The position numbers and the translations under genes were made by a program. From Candidatus Krumholzibacteriota bacterium (GTDB taxonomy: Bacteria > Krumholzibacteriota > Krumholzibacteriia > JAJRXK01): DNA of 64,000 nt. Location of the stretch: the NCBI GenBank assembly GCA_963727455.1, contig CAVSGG010000012.1, forward strand, positions 64,001 to 128,000, given 5' to 3'. Of this stretch, positions 52,057 to 61,693 are shown one piece after another. Position 1 is the stretch's first letter. Each line of letters opens with the position of its first letter. The notes under the pieces are model-generated. The model ran no database searches and was not told where the DNA came from. It saw only the letters and a list, made by a program, of their open reading frames with translations.

Positions 52057-53547
52057 ATGTCGTCCGGGAAATCGCAGCGCAAGCCAGCGTTCTGGGCAGC
52101 GATGGCCCTCTTGGCACTGCTCCTCGGATCCATCCTCAGTGCCTGCTCGAGAGAAAACGGAAAGAGTGCATCCTTTGCAAATGAGGCCGCCCCGAAGGGT
52201 GAGACCGCCATTTCCACCGAGAGCGCCGCATTTCTGGATTCTCTGGAGGAGCGGACCTTCCGCTATTTCTGGGAACTCAGCGACTCCAGAACCGGACTGA
52301 CTCCGGATCGCTCGCCGACGCGCTCCTTTGCCAGCGTGGCCGCCACCGGCTTCGCGTTGACCGCCTATCCAATCGGGGTCTATCGAGGATACGTGTCACG
52401 CGAAGACGCCGCGCGGAGAGTCCTGAAAACCCTCAGCTTTTTTTGGCAATCCCCTCAAGATTCATCGAGTTCCAGTACGGGCACCCATGGTTTCTACTAC
52501 CACTTCCTGAATGCCGGCACCGGTACTCGTTTCGAGACCGTGGAGCTCTCGACGATAGATACTGCCATTCTCGTTGCCGGTGCCCTGACCTGCCAGGCCT
52601 ACTTCGACGAAAACAGGGCAGTGGAGGACAGTATTCGAACCCTCGCCACTCGGCTCTATGAACGCGTGGATTGGCAGTGGGCTTCCATTCGTCCTCCCAC
52701 CATCGGGCACGGATGGACGCCTGAGAACGGGTTCCTTCCCTATGACTGGCGTGGCTACAACGAAGCTATGCTGCTCTATATCCTTGCGTTGGGCTCCCCA
52801 ACCCACCCCGTCTCGCCTCAGGCCTGGTCGGCCTGGACATCCGGCTATCGCTGGGGAGAATTCCAAGGTGAGGAATATATCGGATTTGCTCCACTCTTTG
52901 GACATCAGTACACCCAGTGTTGGGTTGATCTCAGAGTCATCCAGGACGAGTACACGAATGCGCGGGGAATCGACTATTTCGAAAATTCGCGACGAGCCAC
53001 CCTTGCTCAGCAGAAGTACGGTATCGAGAATCCAGCAGCTTGGGACGGGTACGGCGCCCACCGCTGGGGCTGGACAGCGTGCGACGGTCCGCTGGAATTC
53101 AAGGGGTATGCGGCCGGACGGGAGAGGCAATTCCACACCTACTGGGCGCGCGGTGCCTCATTCACGAAGATTCTCGACGACGGCACGATCTGTCCCGCGG
53201 CTGCCGCGGCCTCCATTGCCTTCGCGCCGGAGATCGTCATCCCCACTCTGTTGGATATGAGAAACGCCCACGGTGGAGCCTTGTTCTCGGAGTACGGGTT
53301 TCTGGATGCATTCAATCCGAGTTTCCGCTTCGAGACCACAGTTCAGCACGGGCGAGTCGATTCACGATATGGTTGGATCGACGTCGACTACCTGGGCATC
53401 GATCAAGGACCAATCTTGATCATGGTGGAAAACTATCGCAGCGGCATGATCTGGCGCCTGATGCGCAACAACCCCCACCTGATTCGCGGTCTGCGAGTGG
53501 CGGGATTTCACGGGGGTTGGTTGGAAGAGCAGGCTCGCGATCGGTGA
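52057..53547 (+). CDS. GH144-type (glucoamylase-like) lipoprotein, probable endo-beta-1,2-glucanase
   Basis: AAGGAG RBS; lipobox LSAC; TFRYFW, GLTPDR, SVAATGF, GFYYHF, ELSTIDTA, GYNE, LFGHQY, YGFLDAFN, GIDQG. Confidence 0.85.
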   Translation: MSSGKSQRKPAFWAAMALLALLLGSILSACSRENGKSASFANEAAPKGETAISTESAAFLDSLEERTFRYFWELSDSRTGLTPDRSPTRSFASVAATGFALTAYPIGVYRGYVSREDAARRVLKTLSFFWQSPQDSSSSSTGTHGFYYHFLNAGTGTRFETVELSTIDTAILVAGALTCQAYFDENRAVEDSIRTLATRLYERVDWQWASIRPPTIGHGWTPENGFLPYDWRGYNEAMLLYILALGSPTHPVSPQAWSAWTSGYRWGEFQGEEYIGFAPLFGHQYTQCWVDLRVIQDEYTNARGIDYFENSRRATLAQQKYGIENPAAWDGYGAHRWGWTACDGPLEFKGYAAGRERQFHTYWARGASFTKILDDGTICPAAAAASIAFAPEIVIPTLLDMRNAHGGALFSEYGFLDAFNPSFRFETTVQHGRVDSRYGWIDVDYLGIDQGPILIMVENYRSGMIWRLMRNNPHLIRGLRVAGFHGGWLEEQARDR

Positions 53548-53594
53548 CCAATCCACGATCCGTGTTTCCTGAATGGGCCGCGAAATCAGAAATT

Positions 53595-54950
53595 TCACGT
53601 CCCCCTGGAGCAGAGAATCTGATCGCGGTAGAACAAAGCACTCGACTTGAGCGTACGCCGTTGGCTCTGAAAATCGACATGGACGAGCCCGAATCGCTTC
53701 GAGTAGCCCTCTGTCCACTCGAAGTTGTCCAGTAGCGACCAGACAAAATATCCCCGGAGATCGACGCCACGCTCCATCGCGATTCTGGCGGCACGAATGT
53801 GGTCGCGCAGATACTCGACTCGCCGAGGGTCGGCAAGGGTATCAGAGCTAACCGAGCTAGGCTCCTCGAAAGCGGCGCCGTTCTCGGTGATGTAGAGGGG
53901 CAGTTCGGTGTATTCGTTCTTCACCCTTTGCAGGGTACGCGTGAGCGATACGGGATGGATCTCCCAGCCTAGAGCCGTGGAGCTCTCTGGCTCAGGCGCG
54001 ACCGCCGAGTACCCGAACGGGTAGGCCTCGGGGTCATGCCGCACGATGCCCCTCGTGTAGTAGTTCACCCCCAAGAAATCGATCGGGGCGGAAATGAGAT
54101 CAAAATCTCGCTCTGGAAACTCGGGCCAAGCACTCCTGTAGAGAGAAGACATCTCCTCGGGGTATCGGCCTTTGAACAGTGGATCGAGGAACTGACGGTT
54201 CATATAAGCGTCGGAGAGTCGCGTGGCCCGCACATCTTCCCTCTTGTCGGACGCGGGATCTTTGGGCTCCAAATTCAACACGAGACCGATGCTGCCGTTG
54301 GCTTCAGCTCGGAAACTCTGAACCGCGGCTCCGTGAGCGCGAAGCAGATTATGGGAGACGTAGGGGGCTTCGAGGGTACTACGATGTCCAGGTGCATGCG
54401 TGCCGTGGAGGTATCCCGCGTCACTGACCACCCAGGGCTCGTTGATCGTTGCCCATCGGGTGACACGGTCCGCCAGGCTGAGGTAGAGAACCCTGGCGTA
54501 ATCGGCGAACCATTCGGCAACATCGCGGTTCAACCAACCACCCTTATCATCCAAAGCCCCGGGAAGATCCCAGTGATACAGCGTCACGAAAGGCTCTATG
54601 TCGTACTCCAGAAGCGCATCCACTAGACGATCGTAGAAGCCGATGCCTGCGTGGTTGATCGGAACGTGGCCGTCCGGAAGCACACGCGACCATGAGACAC
54701 TGAAGCGGTAGGCGCTTAGACCCAACTCTCGCATGAGTGCGAGGTCTTCACCGTGACGCGCGTAGTGATCGCAAGCAAGATCGCCAGTTTGATCGCCCTT
54801 GATCCTGTCCGGGCAGTGAGAGAATCGATCCCAGATGCTGGACCCTGCTCCGTCGGCGAGTGGCGAACCCTCTATCTGATAGGCGGAGGTGGCACACCCC
54901 CAAAGGAACTGCGACGGAAACTCAGACTTGTCTCGAATCGAGCTGCTCAC
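53595..54950 (-). CDS. GH1 beta-glucosidase
   Basis: WGCATSAYQIEG, TLYHWDLP, INEP, ITENG, DNFEW. Confidence 0.95.
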   Translation of the reverse strand: MSSSIRDKSEFPSQFLWGCATSAYQIEGSPLADGAGSSIWDRFSHCPDRIKGDQTGDLACDHYARHGEDLALMRELGLSAYRFSVSWSRVLPDGHVPINHAGIGFYDRLVDALLEYDIEPFVTLYHWDLPGALDDKGGWLNRDVAEWFADYARVLYLSLADRVTRWATINEPWVVSDAGYLHGTHAPGHRSTLEAPYVSHNLLRAHGAAVQSFRAEANGSIGLVLNLEPKDPASDKREDVRATRLSDAYMNRQFLDPLFKGRYPEEMSSLYRSAWPEFPERDFDLISAPIDFLGVNYYTRGIVRHDPEAYPFGYSAVAPEPESSTALGWEIHPVSLTRTLQRVKNEYTELPLYITENGAAFEEPSSVSSDTLADPRRVEYLRDHIRAARIAMERGVDLRGYFVWSLLDNFEWTEGYSKRFGLVHVDFQSQRRTLKSSALFYRDQILCSRGT

Positions 54951-57900
54951 GCCGATTCCCCCAATCCCGCGGACGAGGTCCGAAAGCTGGCAGGCCCCAT
55001 CTTGACACGCACCGAATGCCGTCTGCGGTCGCTCAGCAGGGAGATCTGGCAGGACTCTACCGATTGGTAGATGAGGGCCTCATCCATCCAGACCTCGCGG
55101 AGAATTTCCGCCACACCCGCAGGATTCTCCACTTCGATCGAGTAACTCGTGGCAGCTCCCAAAGGACGGTACTCGACGCTGAATCCCGGCCAGTCGTCGG
55201 GAATGCAGGGTTCCAGGTGCAGAGTATCGCCTCCGATGATTCGCAGTCCCAAGAGCGACTCCAGCGTCACCCGCGACATCCAACCCGACGAACCCGTGTA
55301 CCAGCTCCACCCTCCCCTACCAACATGAGGCGAGGTGCCGTAGATGTCGGCGGCCACGACATAGGGCTCCAGGCGGTACAAGTCAACCTGCTCGGAGGTG
55401 AGCGCGTGCTGGATTGGATTGAGGAGATCGAGAAGACGAGCGACACGGTCTCGTTTCTTGAGACGTGCCATGGCACTCACCAACCAGAGAGCTGCATGGG
55501 TGTACTGTCCCCCGTTCTCGCGAACTCCAGGGACATAGCCCTTGATGTACCCAGGATCATGCGGAGTCTCGGCGAAGGGCGGAGTCAACAGCCGGATTAA
55601 TCCATCTTCCTCGGATACGAGCATCGCATCCGCCGCTTGGAGAGCTTGCTCCGCCCGCTCGGGTGGAGCCACCCCAGAGAGAACTGACCACGCTTGCGCC
55701 AGACCATCGATCCGGCATTCTTCGCTCTCTGCCGACCCCAGCGGAGTGCCATCGTCGTAGAATCCACGGCGATACCATTCTCCATCCCAACCCCCCTCGT
55801 TGAGGGCTCCCAGTAGTTGATCCCGGTGCCGGCGATACTCGCGTACGCGGGTCGTGTCCCCTCTCTGCTCACAGTAGCGAAGGAACTGACCAAGAGTGAG
55901 GTAGAGGAAGAACCCCATCCAGGTACTTTCACCTCGCCCAAGCCGGCCCACGCGGTTCATTCCATCGTTCCAATCCCCCGTCCCGAACAGAGGAAGTCCG
56001 TGTGAACCGGTTGCCAGGGATCGATCCAGTGCACGACAACAGTGTTCGTACAGATCCGCGCTGCTGTCCGAGGGCTGGGAACTGATGTAAATCTCATCCT
56101 CTCCCTCCGATACGGCGGGGCCGCTAAGAAAGGGGATATCCTCGGCCAGGATTCCCGCGTCGCCAGTGGTTTCGACATAGTGCGCGGTCAGGTGAGGGAG
56201 CCAGATCAGATCGTCTACAAAATGGGTACGGATGCCTCGATTGTGAGGCGGATGCCACCAATGCAGCACATCTCCCTCGAGAAACTGGTGGGCCGCGTGC
56301 AGCAGAATTTGCGCCCTCGAGACTTCCGGCGCGACATGCGTCAGTGACGAGGCGTCCTGCAGCTGGTCTCGGAAACCGAACGCACCTCCCGATTGATAGA
56401 GCGCGGAACGAGCCCACAGTCTGCAGCTCAGAGTCTGGTAGGGAAGCCAACCGTTGATCATGAGGTCGAGTTCGGGTGAGGGAGTGGAGATACGGACCGT
56501 TGAGAGTTGCTGTTTCCAGAACGATCGAACCTCCTCTTGTGCAGCGTCCACTTCATTCAATGTGGAATACCGATCACTCAGATCATAGAGTTCCTTCTTG
56601 CCTGCGCCTCCGCCCAGAATGAAAACTACTGTGGCACTTGCCCCCTTCTCGAGCTCGAGGGAGACCTGCTGTGCAAAGCAGGCCTGATCACCCTTCCCAT
56701 TCTCAGGCTCCAGCGTTAGTGGAGGTTCGGGGCAAGAAACGGAGCCGGGTGTCGCGCCCTCCGCCAGGAGTGCCTGACGGTTCCCGGTGGCACTGATCTT
56801 CACATCGGGAGAATCCACGACGAGATCAGCGAAGGCATAGAACGGGAGCTCGTCTGCATCGCAGGCGCCTCGAGCAAAGAGTCGACCCGCAACACCACTG
56901 GTTTCGACCGATACATGACGACCTTGTCCAGCAAGCGTATCACCCATGACGAGCTGGCAGTATCCGAGCAGGGAGAGATGCCTCGTGCGTTCAGCCCCAT
57001 TACTCACCCGGATTCGCACAAAGCGCACTGGATCCTTCCTGGCCACGAACGCAGTCGTCTCGTACTGCATCCCATCGTGTCGCACGCGGCAGAGGGTGTA
57101 GCCGAATCCGTGGCGCACCTCGTAAGAAGCTGGAAACGGCACGGGACCGGGAAATGGCGATCCATACGATCCGTCGTCCTCGTCCCGAACATAGAAGGCT
57201 TCGCTGTGGGGATCTACGACCGGGTCGTTCCGCCAAGGGGTTAGCCTTCGAAGACGGCTGTTGCCTGCCCAGGTATATCCCGCTCCAGATTCGCTGACTA
57301 GTGAACCAAAGTTCTCGTTCGACAGGATGTTGATCCAAGGCTGAGGTGGATGCAGCAGACCCTCCCCGTTCCGCCATGGGAGTCGAATCACATATTCGCT
57401 TCCATTCTCGCTGAATCCACCGTAACCGTTGAAGAAGAGGAGGGACTCTTCATTTTCGCTGTTGTCTTTCGCATCTGGCTGATGGGTTCCCACGGAGGAT
57501 GCCAGGTGGCCCTTTCCTGAACTCAACTCCCCAGATGGCGCACTGATGTCGATCAGGATCTCTCTCACCACCGGCTCGGAGCGCGCTTGCTTGAAGATCG
57601 CCTCGCGGATTTGGGTCGAGGCAAGGGTATCCCGGAGAATCAGCGCGTCCTCCCTCTTCGACGCGGCGCCCAGCATCAGACAGATCTCAATACTCTCTCC
57701 CGCTCTCAACTTGAACCGCGTTCGCAGAGCTACGATGGGATCGAGAACATTGCCCGTGCTCGCCGACAGAACCTCGGATTCTCGAAGGGCGGAGGCTTCA
57801 GCCGGGTAACGACGGCGCCCCAAGAAGCGCGCGCGATCCGATTCATATTCGTGTACCACGCTGCCGAAAAGTGAGTGTATCAAATACGGATAATTCTCAT

Positions 57901-58435
57901 TGGGTGACCGCGGGCGACGACGAACGAGCAGCGCTGCTTGTTCAGATACGAACTCGGTCTGGAGAAAAAGCTTCGAGAACGTCGGGTGAGATTCATGGTT
58001 CGCGGGAGACTGGAGCACAACTTCGTCATAGGAGGTCAATTCCAACGATCTGGTTTGAGCACTGTTGTTCGTAATGCAAAGATTTCGAAGTTCGGCGTCG
58101 TACTTCGGAACAACACAGAGCTCCATGCGAGAGTGGATTGCACTGTCAATACGCGAAATCGCGAACAGCTTCGAACTTCTCTCGATCTCGTACTTGGAAG
58201 GGAAAGCGGGCACTGGCTCGAGCCCGGCAGACCAGACCCGATGCTGGTCGAGATCTCGCAGATACAGGAAAAGTCCCTTGGGATAGACTTCCGTCCCGCT
58301 TGAACTTCCGCTGAGACACAGATCCCCCAAGGACGAGCAGCCCGCGCCGCGAAAGTCGATCTCGACTCGATATCGCCCGTTGCTCAAGCGGGAGACCGTT
58401 GGACCTCTCGAGAATCCAGGGAAACGGAAAGCCAT
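54947..58435 (-). CDS. GH94 glycoside phosphorylase with two N-terminal domains (NdvB C-terminal / 1,2-beta-oligoglucan phosphorylase type)
   Basis: FFNGYGGF, PWINIL, YQSGGAFGFRDQLQD, GDWNDG, ENGGQYTH, WYTGS. Confidence 0.88.
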   Translation of the reverse strand: MAFRFPGFSRGPTVSRLSNGRYRVEIDFRGAGCSSLGDLCLSGSSSGTEVYPKGLFLYLRDLDQHRVWSAGLEPVPAFPSKYEIERSSKLFAISRIDSAIHSRMELCVVPKYDAELRNLCITNNSAQTRSLELTSYDEVVLQSPANHESHPTFSKLFLQTEFVSEQAALLVRRRPRSPNENYPYLIHSLFGSVVHEYESDRARFLGRRRYPAEASALRESEVLSASTGNVLDPIVALRTRFKLRAGESIEICLMLGAASKREDALILRDTLASTQIREAIFKQARSEPVVREILIDISAPSGELSSGKGHLASSVGTHQPDAKDNSENEESLLFFNGYGGFSENGSEYVIRLPWRNGEGLLHPPQPWINILSNENFGSLVSESGAGYTWAGNSRLRRLTPWRNDPVVDPHSEAFYVRDEDDGSYGSPFPGPVPFPASYEVRHGFGYTLCRVRHDGMQYETTAFVARKDPVRFVRIRVSNGAERTRHLSLLGYCQLVMGDTLAGQGRHVSVETSGVAGRLFARGACDADELPFYAFADLVVDSPDVKISATGNRQALLAEGATPGSVSCPEPPLTLEPENGKGDQACFAQQVSLELEKGASATVVFILGGGAGKKELYDLSDRYSTLNEVDAAQEEVRSFWKQQLSTVRISTPSPELDLMINGWLPYQTLSCRLWARSALYQSGGAFGFRDQLQDASSLTHVAPEVSRAQILLHAAHQFLEGDVLHWWHPPHNRGIRTHFVDDLIWLPHLTAHYVETTGDAGILAEDIPFLSGPAVSEGEDEIYISSQPSDSSADLYEHCCRALDRSLATGSHGLPLFGTGDWNDGMNRVGRLGRGESTWMGFFLYLTLGQFLRYCEQRGDTTRVREYRRHRDQLLGALNEGGWDGEWYRRGFYDDGTPLGSAESEECRIDGLAQAWSVLSGVAPPERAEQALQAADAMLVSEEDGLIRLLTPPFAETPHDPGYIKGYVPGVRENGGQYTHAALWLVSAMARLKKRDRVARLLDLLNPIQHALTSEQVDLYRLEPYVVAADIYGTSPHVGRGGWSWYTGSSGWMSRVTLESLLGLRIIGGDTLHLEPCIPDDWPGFSVEYRPLGAATSYSIEVENPAGVAEILREVWMDEALIYQSVESCQISLLSDRRRHSVRVKMGPASFRTSSAGLGESA

Positions 58436-58504
58436 CCAGTTCTCCCGCCATGATTCGATCCAGGGACACCGAGCTCGCCGTCGTCTTGACAAGCAACTGC
58501 AGTA

Positions 58505-58520
58505 GTGTAACTGTTTACAC
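58505..58520. promoter_or_regulatory. Palindromic operator candidate (LacI-family-like) in divergent GH94/ABC intergenic region
   Basis: GTGTAA-ctgt-TTACAC inverted repeat, 13 nt downstream of TTGACA at 58486-58491. Confidence 0.5.
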
Positions 58521-58620
58521 GCGCCTCTGGCAGTCATTAGTTCTGTCGGCCATCGTCGGTATTGCCCTCGGTTGAGCCGTTCTAGTAGCTGTCATCCTCG
58601 CTTTGGGCCCGCAGGGCTCG

Positions 58621-59979
58621 GTGATTTTCTTGCCTGAATTGCCCTCAACCGGGTACAGGAAGATCGGCTCGCTCTGCCGATTCCTCTCCCTGGGGCTGTC
58701 CGTCATAGTACTGTATCTGGCACTCGGGTGCGGCAGCTCCGAGTCGCTGCCCACGACCAAGCTCCGCTTCTGGGTGATGGGGCGTGAGGGCGAACTGGTC
58801 GAGGAATTGGTCGCAATCTTCGAGAAGGAAAACCCGGGGATCGAGGTGGAAGTTCAACAGATTCCGTGGTCTGCAGCGCATGAGAAACTTCTCACCGCCT
58901 ATGTAGGCCGTTCGACCCCTGATCTGGCGCAGCTCGGAAATACGTGGATTGCCGAGTTCGCCGCCCTGGGCGCTTTGGAAGAATTGGACTCGCAGATCGC
59001 CACGACGCCCGGGATCGCTCCCCAGGACTACTTCGAAGGCATCTGGCGCACGAACGTCATCGATGGAGTGACATGGGGAGTTCCATGGTACGTGGATACC
59101 AGGCTTATTTTCTACCGAAAGGACGTCCTGGCACAGGCTGGTTTTGATTCCATGCCAGGTGATTGGGCCGGATGGATCAAGGCGATGGAAGCGGTCAACC
59201 GCTCAGTGGGACCTGATCGCTACCCGATCTTCCTCCCGCTGAACGAGTGGACACAGCCCGTGATCTTCGGTCTGCAAGAGGGCTCACCGCTCTTGGTCGA
59301 TGACTTCACCCGGGGAGCTTTTTCCGCCCCGCGTTTCCGCGATGCCTTCCACTTCTACTACGATATTTTCGAAAGAGGGCTCGCCCCACCAGTCGGTAAC
59401 AATGAGATCGCGAATCTCTACCAGGAATTCGCGAAGGGTCTCTTCGCCATGTACATCACTGGACCTTGGAATCTAGTCGAGTTCCAACGTCGATTACCCG
59501 AGGAGCTGCTTGACGCCTGGGGTACAGCCCCCCTACCAGGTCCAGGACCCGGTCGGCCAGGAGTTTCTTTGGCCGGCGGTTCTAGTCTCGTTCTCTTCAA
59601 GAGATCTGGTCATGGCGATGCCTCGTGGAGGCTCGTGGAATTCCTCTCGAGGGCCGAAAACCAGCTGCGCTTCTATGAGCTCACCGGTGATCTTCCGGCG
59701 AAACTGGATGCATGGACTGACGGCGGCCTGGCCGAAGGACAGAGAACCAGAGCCTTTTGGGTCCAACTCCATAGAGTTGTCCCCCTGCCGGCGGTGCCCG
59801 AATGGGAGCTGATTGCGGCTCGGGTACAGGAATACAGCGAGGAAGCGATCCGCGGAGTGACCGCACGGGATTCGGCACTGACGGAACTCGACCGAGAGGT
59901 GGATCGTATCCTGCAGAAGCGACGATGGTTGCGAAAGCGACGAGTCCCATCTTCTCCCCATGTACTCCAGGAGAGATGA
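58621..59979 (+). CDS. Sugar ABC transporter substrate-binding lipoprotein (start uncertain)
   Basis: ALGC lipobox; FEKENPGIEV, PDLAQLG, VPWYVDTR, AMYITGPW. Confidence 0.92.
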   Translation: MIFLPELPSTGYRKIGSLCRFLSLGLSVIVLYLALGCGSSESLPTTKLRFWVMGREGELVEELVAIFEKENPGIEVEVQQIPWSAAHEKLLTAYVGRSTPDLAQLGNTWIAEFAALGALEELDSQIATTPGIAPQDYFEGIWRTNVIDGVTWGVPWYVDTRLIFYRKDVLAQAGFDSMPGDWAGWIKAMEAVNRSVGPDRYPIFLPLNEWTQPVIFGLQEGSPLLVDDFTRGAFSAPRFRDAFHFYYDIFERGLAPPVGNNEIANLYQEFAKGLFAMYITGPWNLVEFQRRLPEELLDAWGTAPLPGPGPGRPGVSLAGGSSLVLFKRSGHGDASWRLVEFLSRAENQLRFYELTGDLPAKLDAWTDGGLAEGQRTRAFWVQLHRVVPLPAVPEWELIAARVQEYSEEAIRGVTARDSALTELDREVDRILQKRRWLRKRRVPSSPHVLQER

Positions 59980-60869
59980 TGGCGGGCTACCTCCAGAAAC
60001 AGCAGTCTCGTTCCGCCTGGCTCTTCCTCGCACCGGCCATTTTGCTAATCAGTGCCTTTTTCGTGTTGCCGGTGGCTTTCGGTCTCTTACTGAGCCTCAC
60101 CGATTTCGACATCTACGCGCTGGCTTCCATCGCTAATGCGAGATTCGTTGGCCTGCAGAACTACATCGAGATGCTGCAGAATCATGACTTCTGGCAGGCA
60201 CTGCGAAATACCCTCTACTTCGTCGTGGTGGGGGGACCATTGGCGGTCTCAGTGTCGCTTGCTGCGGCGCTGATGTTGCATTCAAAACTGGTGCGCGTGA
60301 GATGGTTGTTTCGGACGATCTACTTCGCTCCGGTGGTGACCTCCCTGGTCGCAGTCTCCATCATCTGGAGATACCTCTATCATCCGCACTATGGGCTTCT
60401 TAACCAGGCTCTGCAGTGGCTGGGAATTGGAGCCATCGACTGGCTGGGCGATCCCCACTGGGCAATGCCTGCCATCATCCTCTTGGCAGTATGGAAGAAC
60501 TTCGGCTACAACATGCTCATCTTCCTGGCCGGGTTGCAGACCATCCCCGAAGATCTCTATGAAGCGGCCTCCATCGATGGGGCCGGTCCCTGGTGGTGCT
60601 TTCGTTACGTGACTTTGCCCAGTCTGCGGCCGACCCTCCTCTTCGTCGGGGTGACGACGATGATCGGCTTTTTCCAACTCTTCGCTGAACCCTATGTCAT
60701 GACCCAGGGTGGCCCATTGGGTGCGACTCGGAGCGTCGTTCTTTTGATGTATGAAGAGGGATTCCGTTGGTGGCGTATGGGTATCTCCTCCACCATCGCG
60801 GTTCTCCTCCTCATCGTCACGCTCTTGGCCACCTTGATTCATCTCAGGCTGCAGAGGGCGCGACCGTGA
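59976..60869 (+). CDS. Sugar ABC transporter permease
   Basis: FVGLQNY; EAA motif LYEAASIDGA. Confidence 0.94.
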   Translation: MMAGYLQKQQSRSAWLFLAPAILLISAFFVLPVAFGLLLSLTDFDIYALASIANARFVGLQNYIEMLQNHDFWQALRNTLYFVVVGGPLAVSVSLAAALMLHSKLVRVRWLFRTIYFAPVVTSLVAVSIIWRYLYHPHYGLLNQALQWLGIGAIDWLGDPHWAMPAIILLAVWKNFGYNMLIFLAGLQTIPEDLYEAASIDGAGPWWCFRYVTLPSLRPTLLFVGVTTMIGFFQLFAEPYVMTQGGPLGATRSVVLLMYEEGFRWWRMGISSTIAVLLLIVTLLATLIHLRLQRARP

Positions 60870-61690
60870 TACCGAGACGCTTCCACTCCCTCGTGATCAA
60901 CTCGAGCCTTGTTCTGGGTGCGGCAGTCACGATGACACCTCTGCTGTGGATGCTGTCCGCTTCACTCATGTCGCCCGGTGAAGCCAATAGCATCCCTCCG
61001 CACTTCCTGCCCGTGACTCCCACTCTAGAGAACTACCATGTGCTCTTCACACGTTTGAACATCACCCGCAGCCTTCTCAACAGCACTTTTATCACAACGA
61101 TGGCCACGGTGATCTCGCTGCTCATAAATTCAATGGCCGGGTACGCCTTTGCCAAACTGAGCTTCAGAGGCCGTGATCCGCTCTTCCGCTCCCTCATTTC
61201 CGCCCTGGTGATCCCGGCGCAAGTCGGCATGTTGCCGCTCTTCCTCGCGCTGCGGGAGATGGGGCTCGTCAACACCTACATGGGCGTTCTCATCCCCTAC
61301 ATGGCGAACATCTTCGGAATTTTCCTCATACGGCAGTACATGTTGAGTGTCCCCGATGAGCTGCTCGATGCAGCTCGCATCGATGGCGCAGGGGAAATCA
61401 GGATTTTCTGGACGATCGTAGTGCCGATCATTCGACCCGTCATTGTAACCCTCGCCACTTTCACTTTTCTCAACACCTGGAACGACTTCATGTGGCCGCT
61501 CATCGTACTCAGTGACAACTCGAAGTTCACGCTGCCCGTGGCGTTGGCCAGTCTCGCTGGTGAGCACGTTCAAGACACCGAATTGATGATGGCGGGCTCG
61601 GTCGTTGCCATTCTCCCCGCTCTCATCATCTTCCTTCTCTTTCAGCGAACCTATGTGCGGAGCATTCTCTCGGGCAGTCTGAAGGGTTGA
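60866..61690 (+). CDS. Sugar ABC transporter permease
   Basis: AGYAFAKL; ELLDAARIDGA; WNDFMWP. Confidence 0.94.
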   Translation: MIPRRFHSLVINSSLVLGAAVTMTPLLWMLSASLMSPGEANSIPPHFLPVTPTLENYHVLFTRLNITRSLLNSTFITTMATVISLLINSMAGYAFAKLSFRGRDPLFRSLISALVIPAQVGMLPLFLALREMGLVNTYMGVLIPYMANIFGIFLIRQYMLSVPDELLDAARIDGAGEIRIFWTIVVPIIRPVIVTLATFTFLNTWNDFMWPLIVLSDNSKFTLPVALASLAGEHVQDTELMMAGSVVAILPALIIFLLFQRTYVRSILSGSLKG

Positions 61691-61693
61691 GGA

